DNA of 63,967 bases, the filler included, from Lenisia limosa (taxonomy: Eukaryota; Protista; Breviatea), in the NCBI GenBank assembly GCA_001655205.1. It is 25 parts of 25 records of this genome, joined end to end, with 100 filler letters (N's around TTAATTAATTAA, not from the genome) between each part and the next. Parts side by side here need not be neighbours in the genome. Positions count along the whole stretch, not along the records: positions 24,631 to 26,302 come from LPNZ01003175.1; positions 26,403 to 28,252 come from LPNZ01000692.1; positions 28,353 to 33,664 come from LPNZ01006254.1; positions 33,765 to 35,185 come from LPNZ01006922.1; positions 35,286 to 39,248 come from LPNZ01011182.1; 20 more parts are not named here. One strand, 5' to 3'. Numbering within the stretch: position 1 is the first letter of the stretch; each line of letters opens with the position of its first letter. The translations under genes and the position numbers were made by a program. Positions 24,815 through 37,008 of this stretch are shown in pieces. The notes under the pieces are model-generated. The model was not told the DNA's origin. It did no database searches and was given only the letters and a program-made list of their open reading frames with translations.

Positions 24815-25890
24815 GGTGTGGTTGCTACTCCCTCCCCTCCACCCCTACTGCTCTCGAGCCTTCCACCTCCCTCAACACCCCTGCTAACCTTACTCAAAGT
24901 ATGGAGGATGGATTTTTTTTGTTTTTTTTTGAGTATTTTTATCCATATTATTTTTGGGTCTGTTATCTTTCATTTATTTCGTGTTTTTTTCTTGTATTTA
25001 CGAGTTGATTTGTTTTACGAGTTTCCCTATGGGCTACTTGGTTTTTTTACTTGTTACTTGGTTTTTATTTTTTNNNNNNNNNNNNNNNNNNNNNNNNNNN
25101 NNNNNNNNNNNNNNNNNNNNNNNNNNNNNNNNNNNNNNNNNNNNNNNNNNNNNNNNNNNNNNNNNNNNNNTAAAATGTAACCAGAGGAACTGGAAAGCTG
25201 GAAGAAATACAATTGAAAAAGAATCATACATTGTAAACACAGGATACGATGCACGACACATATAATCTTGACCAAACATTAAATCAGTCAGATGTCATGG
25301 ACATCGAAATTTCAAGCGAGCACTTACGCATTTTTTTGATTATTTTACAAAAATAAAAAAAGGACTGAGCCGCCTTTAATATTTTTCGTAATTTCTGCGA
25401 TTCGTGCTTTTACGCCGCAGACGGTATTGACACGGCAATTCCTCTTCCCCACCCCCTGACACTCCTTCACGTTGTGCTCTCTAATGCTGACGTAATGCTA
25501 AACCGCCATTTGAGGCATGCAATTCGGTGAGGGATGGTCTTTTGAAGCTGTTATGTGTGATGATGGAGGCAATTGTCTAATCAGGTAAGTATTAGAGAGA
25601 CGGCTTCCTAATTAGTAAGTATTAGAGAGCGTCCTAATTAGGTAAGTTGATGAGTTGTACGGTAGGTGACCTGTCGGGTTTGTACCCCTTTATTAGGGAA
25701 TATTGGTCTATCTACTCCCAAATGGTGAAAAAAAACAAAACAAAAAAATCTTGCCCCTCATACCAAACAGACATTGTGTGACAAACATCTTCACACACAC
25801 GCCGGCTTCTCTAATCCAGCCCCTCCTCGCCTCTATTGACGGCGTGTGCTCCTTGATTTACACGAGGCTACAGAAGGCCTGGCAAGGTGG
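24815..25890 (+). CDS. Possible spliced gene(s) of unknown function
   Basis: GC-richer, AG/GT-bounded open blocks at ~24817-24898 and ~25771-25888 (HCVTNIFTHTPASLIQPLLASIDGVCSLIYTRLQKAWQG). Frames could not be linked with certainty. Confidence 0.35.
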
Positions 25891-26402
25891 GTGAATGGAT
25901 GATTTATATGTTTATATTTGGGGGAGGGGTGATATCATACATTATACAGTTTATGTATTATTACATTTTGAGTACTGCTTTTAGAGTCTAGAAGGATTAT
26001 TACGAAGATATGATATGATATTTTGCAGTATTATAATATAATATGATTTATTATTCTATAGATATGGAAGGGTTATTAGCATGATGGTCTAAAAGGCTTC
26101 GGTCAGATACAACTTGTTTTTGTTGTTTTTATTTCCCATTGCTATATATGGAAGGTTATTGGAGGATTAACGCGAGGTTGCAGGCGGTAATATTATTTGG
26201 GCGTGGGGGCTTTATATGTTCATATTTGGGGAGCGGGGGTGATTTAGATCATATGATATGGTTATATTATTGGAGAGGGAGATACTTACACAAACTGCGA
26301 TANNNNNNNNNNNNNNNNNNNNNNNNNNNNNNNNNNNNNNNNNNNNTTAATTAATTAANNNNNNNNNNNNNNNNNNNNNNNNNNNNNNNNNNNNNNNNNN
26401 NN

Positions 26403-28150
26403 GAGGTCGAAGGCAGATCGGGGGGACTGGAACACAGCGGATGTGTCCGAGTTTCCGTGGATACTCTCGTAGGACCGTGGGGGGTTCTGGGGGGTTATTT
26501 GGGGGGGGGGTAACCTGTTCACTCTGGGGGATACTAAAATCGTTTAATACAAGCACTTCATAATGCAAAACGGGTATAGGTCCTAATTTGTCTATGACTC
26601 GACTTACTTTGGGCTTGATAGGACGGACACGGGATAATTCGTCATCTGGCTCGGAGGTAAACGCCGATGTCCGGTTCTAAAAAGTGAGCAAAAACCTCAT
26701 GAATATATGGGATAAACAATCAACAAAATTCCAATATAAAAAAGTAGGAGATGTTGGAGATTGACATTTAGGAGTTGGAGTATAAGAAGATAGTTGGCAC
26801 TTATTGGAATCTCACAAAGAGAAGCTGGCCTACATGGGTGGGAGAAGTACTGTAACTGCTATCAGGCCCGTGGAAGTTGAAGTGGTACGACGGGCCGTAT
26901 TCATGGTACAGCGTGTTGTCGACCCGAGCGCCGTGGACGGGGGGAGGGGGGCGGTCCAAAGGATACCCGGTTTGAACTGAACTGTCAAAAGAAGGCCAAG
27001 TGGAGGTTTGTGCTAGACTTTACAATATGGCAATTTAGGAGGGTTTATCGAGGTACTTTTCTCTTTTTTTTGACGAAATGATGCCCTGGCAACCCTAACC
27101 CTCCCCATACTCTGTCTTGGTGTTCGGTAATCTTGAGACTCTGAAGACATCCACGAGGGCTCTGCGGTTATTAGTTGGAGGAGAAAGTACAAAACAAAAG
27201 AGGGGTTTCAGAATTGGAACATAAAAAAGGCTTCAGATCTATAAAGAAGTCCAAATTATCGATAAATGATCAACACTTTTCTAATGTCCGAGAAAATACC
27301 CTCTATCGCCCCTCCAAACCATCAAGATTAGTCAATTCTTCGTCCTCCATTTCGGGCTGGAGAATAGAGGCAAACTGAGGGGTCAGGTGAAAGTGAAACA
27401 TATAGTAATAGTCTTTCTCTGGAATAAGAGAATGCCAGTAAGTTAGGTAATCTTTGTTTACAAGATAATACATATTGTTTTTTAAAAAATAAAACAGAGT
27501 AATCAACATTCAGCAGACCTCTCTCTCCTGGGCCGAGATATTTAGAAGGTCCCTTCCGAGTCGCTCAACATTGGCAACAGCGCTGGCAGCCTAATATTGT
27601 AAATGGGGATATGTATGCGGAATGAAAACGGAAATGTTTGCAATGATAAAAGTTTGATGGCCAGTAACAAAATATGTTATTGTGGGTGCAAGAAAGAACT
27701 TGCCTTTGATAGCTCTTCACAAAAAGAAAAGAAAAATAACAGAATTACAACAATCATATCAAACCGCCAAAGCCAGAATCCCCAGTCCTACCGATCCCGC
27801 AATGGCAGATAACTCACGGGCAAGATCTTTGTCAATCCGGGTCTAAACAATAACAAAGAACAAAATGAAAACAGTTTTGTAGAAATTATTAAATTATAAT
27901 ATCTGAAGTGTTCTCCCATCTCGAATAAACCGTTGGATCAGGGCTGCATGGAATAATCATATGATATGTTCAAAAACAACGAGAACTGAAGAAGTTCTGT
28001 TTTTAAACGCTATTTAAACAGTAATATATAAAAAAGAAATTGCTTACATGGGATTCCATAAGCATCTTAGCCATCATGACATCGGGAGTGTAGGGTAATG
28101 ACATGCCAAAATGCTTCTCCAAGGATTGTGACTGAATCGTGATGTTTGCA
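26403..28150 (-). CDS. Spliced gene fragment of unknown function
   Basis: Exon-like blocks such as EKHFGMSLPYTPDVMMAKMLMESH, TRIDKDLARELSAIAGS, AASAVANVERLGRDLLNISAQERE and NRTSAFTSEPDDELSRVRPIKPK, with minus-strand AG/GT borders. Confidence 0.5.
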
Positions 28151-28524
28151 TGGTATCAATGATTATAGAACTATAGAGACACTGCAGGCATTAAAGAGAA
28201 AATTTATCCAATCAAATGAAATAAAACAAAATCAAAACAAGGTGAGAAGAAANNNNNNNNNNNNNNNNNNNNNNNNNNNNNNNNNNNNNNNNNNNNTTAA
28301 TTAATTAANNNNNNNNNNNNNNNNNNNNNNNNNNNNNNNNNNNNNNNNNNNNATATTATACTATAATTCATTATCTCTTATCAGCGTGGTGATGGATACC
28401 ATGAATGATTCATTTCGGTTCGGGAAAATATCGATAGTTTTCGAGGTATTATAGAGAAATTCAGTCTTTATCGAACCGAAGTGAAGCCCTAGATACCATA
28501 AAAACACGTTACAAAGACAAACCA

Positions 28525-29660
28525 GTACGCACCTCGGCCATTTTGGTATATAGGCAAACCACCAATGCCAAACCCAACAGGTGTTTCAAAGGGCCGTGGA
28601 AGGAGTTCAAGCTGGGGAGTTAAACTNNNNNNNNNNNNNNNNNNNNNNNNNNNNNNNNNNNNNNNNNNNNNNNNNNNNNNNNNNNNNNNNNNNNNNNNNN
28701 NNNNNNNNNNNNNNNNNNNNNNNNNNNNNNNNNNNNNNNNNNNNNNNNNNNNNNNNNNNNNNNNNNNNNNNNNNNNNNNNNNNNNNNNNNNNNNNNNNNN
28801 NNNNNNNNNNNNNNNNNNNNNNNNNNNNNNNNNNNNNNNNNNNNNNNNNNNNNNNCCTGATTTCTGAGTTCCTGTACTTTCCTCTAATATTAAGCAAGGC
28901 GAATGGTTTTGGGGTTTGTTGCACTTGTTTATATATAGCAATGAGAAACAGAAAATAAGGTAGTACCCGTCCACACCATCACGCTTCTAAGAGATATTTG
29001 ATTAATTCACCCTTATTACCTTGTATATATGTCTAACCCTAGTTAGAGCTTCACTTCCGGTTCCAACAAAACTGAATTCTCGATAAATATCGATATTTTG
29101 TCAGTCTTTTGGAATTGAGAGTGAAGCCTCAAGCGCTGATATAGAGAAAAATAGATCGATTGTTCCTACTGGAATAATGGAGAGGATTAAAGTTGAGATA
29201 TGAGGATAGCTGGACGTGCAGATGTGATGATGATACATAACCAAAAACTGTAAATCCAAATATAGTAGAACTAATTTTGCTGAGAATGTTTATGTTTAAG
29301 TTTACGTTTACGTATGAATCCAAGGCGGTATGAATCTGTTCACAACCCACTCACAACTGTACAAAATCTTTGTGTATGGGCAGAGTGTTGATGCAATTGA
29401 TTTATCTCTTTCTCCAAGGTGGAAAGATCGATTGACCTTGGATTTCTTCTGGATCAAGAGGAGGTGGAGAAGAAGGAGAGGGGATGGGTGAGAGCGTTGG
29501 ATTTAATATTAAAATAATAAAAAAACTAAATAATAAGGCTGGGAAGGCATGGGGTATAAGGTAAGAGATATATACACCCCATGGCTGAAGGCATACTGAA
29601 CCCAACCCACCCGCACAGCATGGATACGCTAACCACGCCACCTCGCGCACCTGGTTCTCC
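28525..29660 (-). CDS. Possible spliced gene of unknown function, divergent from the SDR gene
   Basis: Exon-like blocks, e.g. LTPQLELLPRPFETPVGFGIGGLPIYQNGR|GT at ~28535-28625. Confidence 0.35.
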
Positions 29661-30021
29661 GGAGGAATTATACCGGGAGCCCGATTTCCGAAAAACTCTC
29701 TTTTTTGTTGGTGGTTTGTTTTCACTTCGTCACTTCGTTTTTTAGATGGAGGAGAAGACTAAACTCCAGCGGTTTGAGGGCGTAAACAACGTGTATGTTT
29801 GTACCACTTGATACTTGCCTTAAACGGCAAGTGGCCATTATAACAGCTGCGGGGTGACCCATCTTATGTGTATATCAGTTAGTATATTCTTCCACCAACT
29901 ATAATAAATGGAATAATTATTTTGTTTAAGTCTCAGGAAAAACTCAAAAACTAAAATAAAGATTGTATTATTATTTTTTATTATTACTTATTACACAGTG
30001 TAACATTTTGCCACCTTTATT

Positions 30022-33000
30022 ATGTCATCAGCTTGTGTTATTGTTACTGGTGCTTCCAGAGGTATGTGGGTTTCAGGACTGATCGTGGGCTGTGTACCTG
30101 TATTGTTTGTATGTGTCTTTTCTTTAATTACAACTCAGTTGTGTTGTTTACCAATCACCGTTGCAGGGATTGGCAGAGAGGTTGCTTTATGGTTGGCCAA
30201 AGCGGGAGGTAACTTGGGGGTCTCTGCTGTTGTTTTCCTTTGAAATTGTTTAAGTGCGTTCGATCATCAAGAACATCCATCGATCCTGGAATTTCAATCA
30301 TTTTGAATATTCGGCTTCAGCCAGATAAAACCTTGTTGTTTTTCAACTATATATATCATATAGCTATATTGCATTTTCACGTATGATATATTGTTCTTTT
30401 TGAGACAAACATTAGAATGGGGATTCTTATGAAAAAGTTGAGATTACTATTCTTGATGTGTGATTCTCAAATATTACACATATATTTCTGATATGTTTGT
30501 GTTTGTGTTTGTGTTTGTGTTTATGTTTGTGTTTATTTTTCATTGTTCACTTTTCAGCCCCTGTCCTTGCCACTGCCCGAACTCGTGATAAATTACTGGA
30601 CCTTCAGGATGAAGCGAAGTCAAACGGTTACAATGGTAAGTTTCTTCACTTCGGTTCGAAAAATACCAGGAAAATATCGACAGTTTTCGAGGATTTATCA
30701 AGAATCAGTCTTTTTTCGAACCGAAATTAAGTCCTAGTAAGTAGTGCCTCGCCCACATAACAAAATGATCGGTAAACTAGAAATAAATCCTCGAATAATA
30801 TAAAGAAATTCAGTTACTCTCTAGATCATAGTAAATGGCACGCTTTATCAGAGCGTTGTTTCATTATAATTGTAATTCGTGTTTGACATTGTATATTACC
30901 AAACTTAGGAGAAATCGCGATACTTAGTGGCGATATCACCGGAGAAGACTTTTGTGATTCCGTTGTGAGTGAGGCCATTTCCTCATTTGGATCCTTACAA
31001 GCAGTGGTCAACAATGCTGGTAAGTTAGAAAATGTTTTATTTTCAATAATGTTTTTTGCAGTAAAGTCTCTATTGAAACTGCGAGATCCAAGTTTTAAAC
31101 TCGAGGAAAAATAAGTCATCAGCTATGCTCTCTTGTCCCCTTAAGTTATCCATGCTCTAATAATCTTCATTTATAGCTTTTTCCACATGGTCTTGAAACC
31201 AACCTCTCAGCTGAACTTGGATTTGGACTACTTTCAGAATTACCAAGGAAGGTCCTCCTAAGTACTTTCATCACAAATCTTGCTGCTCCTGTAAGAATTT
31301 AGAAAGGCCTATTGTTACTAATTATCCTTTTATTTCAACAAAAGTCCTTATGATTGAGTGATTGAATTTCTAATTCAGCTCTCCATTTAACTGAGTTATT
31401 GGCATTAGATGAAACTCTCTCAAGCTGCCATCCCCTTCTTAAAGAAAACAGGTTGGTTTGAATCCTTCACTCTGAAACATGCTGAGTGATGGTTATTGTA
31501 TCATACCTTTTTGGATCCATTTTTGCACATGTGAACTAGTTTTGCATCATACCCATTCGCATTTCAGATGGAGGATTGATTCATGTTTCGAGTGGATCGT
31601 CGCAGGTTCTTGTACAAGGAGTGATGTCGTACTGCATGTCAAAAGGCGAGTGGTTTTGGTTCATCTTAATCTACATACACAATGTGTCTAAAGGTGAATC
31701 GGAATCTGAAGGTGAGTGGTTTTGGTTCATCGTAATCTACATGTATATATCAGATATTACTATATATCAATTATGTCTAAAGGTGGGTGTTGTGTTGTTG
31801 ATTCATCATTCAAATTGAATAAGTGAACGTGTCCATGTTGTGATAATCTAGTCTTTTGAACACAATAGTATTATGTAACTGTATTATCAGAGTGTATACA
31901 TAATACTCATGTTTTTAGTTTGTTTAAATATGATGGCAACTGCCCTTGCAAACGAAACCGGCCTGACTTCGTGAGGGAATTGACCTATATCCACTTTTTA
32001 TTTGTTAATATCTCTATCAGTGCGAGCTTCGGCCAGATACTGCCTTATTTTTCATTTCTCATTGCTCTATTTTACATCGATATAATATACCAGGGAACTT
32101 GTAAACGACACTGTGTCCATAACACTACAGTATACAGTGACAATATCAGCGGAACCCCAAGTCGATGTGCTTTAGTGTTACACGTTTGACATTCTTACTT
32201 CGATTTAGAATAGCAGTCAACCCTGGTCATGTGGACACTATAATGCAATACCAGGTCAGAGACAGAGGTTTGTGTTTTCATGATAGAGAGATACGGGGCT
32301 TTTTGTGGCTACTAATTAGTCCACACTTCCTGAAATTTTTAGGAGAATCCTCAATGGAGACATCAGTGTACAATAAATTTGTGAACCTCCATAAAGAAGG
32401 CAAACTTCTTCCTCCCAGTAAGCTCCATAAATAAAGATTCCATACGGTCTCAAAACAGCTGAAATTCTCTATAACGCCTCGATAAATTTCGATACCTTGT
32501 CAAACCATAACAATCAAAGCGGATAATCAGAATTTGGAACCGAATACAGTTTGTTATTAAAAAAGGGGCCTCAATTTGACTGCCTCGCTGGGTAGTTCTT
32601 TAATATGAGTGGGGGACAATCTTATGATCATCAACAAAATTTGCAATTAATGCCTTATTTCGATTCCTATTATTACTATTATTAATATTCTTCTTTTTCT
32701 TGTTGTTGTTTCATTTCCACCAATTCAGGCGAACCCGCGTTGTCTATTGCTAAATTAGCCCTCAATGCACCACATCAGTTGTCTGGTAGGTTAACAGTAT
32801 TGTACAGTTTAGTTATAATTACCTGATGGTGTGTATGGCTTCGGTCAGATACTACCTATTATAATCTCTACATAGTATATAGATCACATCACGTGGATAT
32901 TGGGATTCATTTGGTCATAGATGGGTCAATATTTCGACTTGAAAGTCGGTCAGAGCGATTGATTGTAATACTCGTTTTGGTGGGTTCAAAGGTATGATTT

Positions 33001-33271
33001 GTAAAAGTCAGTAAGGTCGATATATCTCACTTTACCAAACCGAACCGAAACTGATTTTCACGAACTATCGGAATTACCTCTGGTACCGAACCAAACCGAA
33101 GTGAAACCCTAGTCATATGACATATTTAATTTGAGTGTTTGGGTCAAAATTTCGACGAATCAGTCATGTGGATATGGCTTCACATGTAACTCTGACAACT
33201 TAGGTCAGTTTGTACACTGGAACAGCCCTGAAGTAACAAGTCTCCCACTTTGTCAAGATCCAAAACAATGA
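30022..33271 (+). CDS. Classical short-chain dehydrogenase/reductase (benzil reductase/Irc24-Nre1-like), apparently complete
   Basis: MSSACVIVTGASRG|IGREVA (TGxxxGIG), AVVNNAG, IHVSSG, catalytic YCMSK, AVNPGHVDT, KFVNLHKEGKLLPP and SIAKLAL...SGQFVHW. Stop TGA 33269-33271. Confidence 0.9.
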
Positions 33272-33764
33272 TTCTGATTTGATGCTGCAATAAGGGTGAC
33301 TGCAACGTAAACTGTGTGTTTGAGAGAATGAAAAATGCCGTTAATTTGAATTTCATTGAGCATCGAACCTTTCTTCTCTCACACTAAGGATTCTAAAAAG
33401 TTGGGATTTCCATTCTTTTCATGGAATTAAATTCGAAGACATTCTGAGTTTCCAAATGATTATAGATGATTCAAAAAGGAATAAATTCGTTACCTCTTTG
33501 ATTACTGATTTTTTCTTCTCATTAATTATATTTTATCCCTCAAGACCTCCTATTCGTTACTGCTTTCTTTTCCTTGCTTATCTTCTCGAATACAGTGACA
33601 GTTAGGGGAACATGCAATTTGGATTTAACTCGATTATTCAGAATCATTGAATAACATTGAACATNNNNNNNNNNNNNNNNNNNNNNNNNNNNNNNNNNNN
33701 NNNNNNNNTTAATTAATTAANNNNNNNNNNNNNNNNNNNNNNNNNNNNNNNNNNNNNNNNNNNN

Positions 33765-35185
33765 GTCCCGGAGTCCAACGCTGGTTCAACTTCGCCAAGG
33801 AGGTTGACCCCGTGAGGGAGGGCAGACATTTATTCTTCCATTTTCAGATGAAATTTGAAATATGAAAAGCCGGCGTGCAAACTGTATACTATATGTCAGG
33901 TATACGATCAGACAGATCAGCTGTCTCAGCTTTCCTACTCCGGCAATTGCACTTCAGAGGCAGCCTCTTACCATATAAGGCCACTGCTATCATATAAGGA
34001 GGCCACTGCTTACCAAACAAGACCACTACTTACACTACTTACATATTAGGCAACCAAGCGCCCAATGGTCGGACGCTATGTTGGATCCCTTGTCAGTGAC
34101 TTCCATCGGAACCTTCTTTATGGTGGTCTTTACGCCTGTAAGGGGGTATTCACGTCTGTGTGTGTGTGAGAGAGAGAGAGATGTGTAGGTGCAAGTGGAA
34201 AATTGGGCTCCGTGTTATTAATTTTTTAAACTAGACGTTTCCACCCCCTTTTTAGATGAGCCCTCATTTCTTCCTTTTCACCAAATCAACTGATTATGGG
34301 TTTTCCTTGTTTCATGGCATTACTTTCCCAATTTTACACCCCTCCTCCCCTCAGACCCAGCCACTACCTCCATGCCTACCGGAAAGTTGCGCCTCCTCTA
34401 CGAATGCGCTCCCCTCAGGTTTGTTCTTTTCCTTCTGCGGTGCTGCAGAAGCGATTGGTGACCTGGGCTTTGTTTGTTTNNNNNNNNNNNNNNNNNNNNN
34501 NNNNNNNNNNNNNNNNNNNNNNNNNNNNNNNNNNNNNNNNNNNNNNNNNNNNNNNNNNNNNNNNNNNNNNNNNNNNNNNNNNNNNNNNNNNNNNNNNNNN
34601 NNNNNNNNNTTCCTCGCCGCCCAGGCCGGAGGAGCAGGCTCAGACGGAAAGGGCGATATTCTTGATATCCATCCTACTGTTTGGGGGGAGGGGGGGTAAA
34701 TTGGTGAATTTTATGTGTGGGGGTGCAAAAACCGGGCTATCTAAAAAGGGGGTGGCAGCGTCAGTTAAAATATAAAAAGTGATAAAAGTGGTATTTCTAT
34801 GAAAACCGGACTCAGTGAGAAATTGATGGTGTGGACGACTTCGGCCAGATACAGCCTTGTTTTTTTTTTCTTATTGCTCTATATTATTTATTGTTGATTC
34901 CACTTCACACCCCCCGAATAACATTTGTTTCTAGTTTCATAAATATCCAATTCTACTCTCCCTCTTCCTCAAAATGAAATAAATAACTCGGAAACAAACG
35001 TTGACCCTTTAGGAGATCCATCAGAGAGTTGCTCTTTTCCTAGGCAATACTGAGGAGGTGAGTGACGGAAATATCTAGCTTCCCTCCGGTCCCAAAATAA
35101 AATGAATTTCGATAAATTCCGATAAATATCGATATTTCAAGTTCCCCCCCCCCTCCTCACCCCATAGGTCCGTCGAGTTGAAGCC
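33765..35185 (+). CDS. FBP: Fructose-1,6-bisphosphatase class I, C-terminal half
   Basis: [21 protein letters not shown]|[22 protein letters not shown]|FLAAQAGG...ILDIHPT|[15 protein letters not shown]. These are FBPase I hallmark motifs. Confidence 0.93.
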
Positions 35186-35285
35186 NNNNNNNNNNNNNNN
35201 NNNNNNNNNNNNNNNNNNNNNNNNNNNNNTTAATTAATTAANNNNNNNNNNNNNNNNNNNNNNNNNNNNNNNNNNNNNNNNNNNN

Positions 35286-36705
35286 ACCTCGCGAGTTGAG
35301 GCAGAATGGTGGGAGGGTCAGTCAGCACTGCAGACAGGGCGTTCTGAGCCATCAGTATCTTGAGAACAAAATCATGAAATAAAAGCCTGCGGGGGCTGAG
35401 ACAAGGAAGGAAGAAAGAGCCTGATGAAACATCATCACATTCTCAAGATAACAGAAAAAAATGCAATCATTGTCTCTCTCAAAAGTGCAAATACGTGCAT
35501 TGACAGCCCCCCACTTGGTCAAGATGGGGCGGGAAAGTCNNNNNNNNNNNNNNNNNNNNNNNNNNNNNNNNNNNNNNNNNNNNNNNNNNNNNNNNNNGTT
35601 AACAGGCTACAGCGTGAATGGGGAGGAGGGGGAGTAAAATTGGAATTTTTATGAAACAAAATGCTGGCTGACAATATACAAGGGTTGATAACAGCAAACA
35701 AACAAAGCCCAGCCAGTCGCTTCTGTAGCCCAATCACTCCAACATACGTAATAAAATAATAATAATAATACAATTGTAAAAAAAAAAATTAAAAACCCTC
35801 CAAAATAGCAAAATAACAATAAGTAAGATGGAGGGGGGTAGCTTTTTGGGGGGAGCAAGAAACTGAATTGGAAGGGATAGGAGCCCCGACTCACTATGGT
35901 AGATTCGAGCATAGTTGAAGGCACTTTCTGAGAAGAGTCCGCTCCACTCTATCGGGGATAACATCAAGGACATTGTGACGTTGCATTTCACACTCATATA
36001 ATACACTATATACTACTACACATATACAGTGACAGTGACCGGAATAAGTCTTGACCGATTTTCCTTGGGAAATTACACCGCAAATTCGACTTATCCCGGT
36101 CACTGTATATATTCTGAATCCTGAACAAAACAAGAAGGCGAGGGGACAAGATAGCAAACTATAGTGTTTTTAGGATAATTACATTATCCCAGAATCTGAT
36201 CCCCGTACTCTAAATACTTGGGCTGAACCGTCACTGGCATTCTGGGGTAATTTAGCGGGGACTGGAGCCTCAGCCGTTGTAGCAACTGGTGGTTTCGGCT
36301 TTTTAGGTGCCTTTTTGCGGGGTGTTGGCGATGCCTGTCTCTGTGCCCAGGCTGCTTCAGGTTCTGGGGGGGGGGGGGNNNNNNNNNNNNNNNNNNNNNN
36401 NNNNNNNNNNNNNNNNNNNNNNNNNNNNNNNNNNNNNNNNNNNNNNNNNNNNNNNNNNNNNNNNNNNNNNNNNNNNNNNNNNNNNNNNNNNNNNNNNNNN
36501 NNNNNNNNNNNNNNNNNNNNNNNNNNNNNNNNNNGGGTCCTCAGCTCATATCATCTCTCTCCCACTATTTAACTAGGTTGGCTCATATTTCCGCCAAGCC
36601 CACCATTAAGCCAGGACGGGTTCTCAAGAAGCCTGGTATTGCGTCGTAGTCCGTGGTCAACAATTGGGAACAAGTCGGGACCGTTGGTAGGGGCTCGGTT
36701 TAGAA
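35286..36705 (-). CDS. Spliced exons downstream of the GCN5 bromodomain (C-terminal extension or a separate gene)
   Basis: Minus-strand exons FLNRAPTNGPDLFPIVDHG..., EPEAAWAQRQASPTPRKKAPKKPKPP... (~36208-36365), ...PIEWSGLFSESAFNYARIYH and ILMAQNALSAVLTDPPTILPQLAR. Confidence 0.5.
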
Positions 36706-36923
36706 ACTGCAGTGATCGACTCTTAAACTCCTAAGGGGGGGGGGGGGGNNNNNNNNNNNNNNNNNNNNNNNNNNNNNNNNNNNNNNNNNNNNNNNNNNNN
36801 NNNNNNNNNNNNNNNNNNNNNNNNNNNNNNNNNNNNNNNNNNNNNNNNNNNNNNNNNNNNNNNNNNNNNNNNNNNNNNNNNNNNNNNNNNNNNAAACAAA
36901 GCCTAGGTCAACATATCTCTATT

Positions 36924-37008
36924 ATTGCCTATATATCCCTATTGCCTACATATCCCTATTGCCTACATATCCCTATTGCCTACATATCCCTATTGCCTAC
37001 ATATCCCT
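36924..37008. repeat. Minisatellite, 5 x 17 bp (ATTGCCTACATATCCCT), overlapping a probable GCN5 donor site
   Basis: Direct read; the minus-strand unit is AGGGATAT|GTAGGCAAT. Confidence 0.9.

Noticed and set aside
27088-27105. CCCTAACCCT as a telomeric repeat
   Set aside because: There are under two units and the site is internal; this is a chance match.
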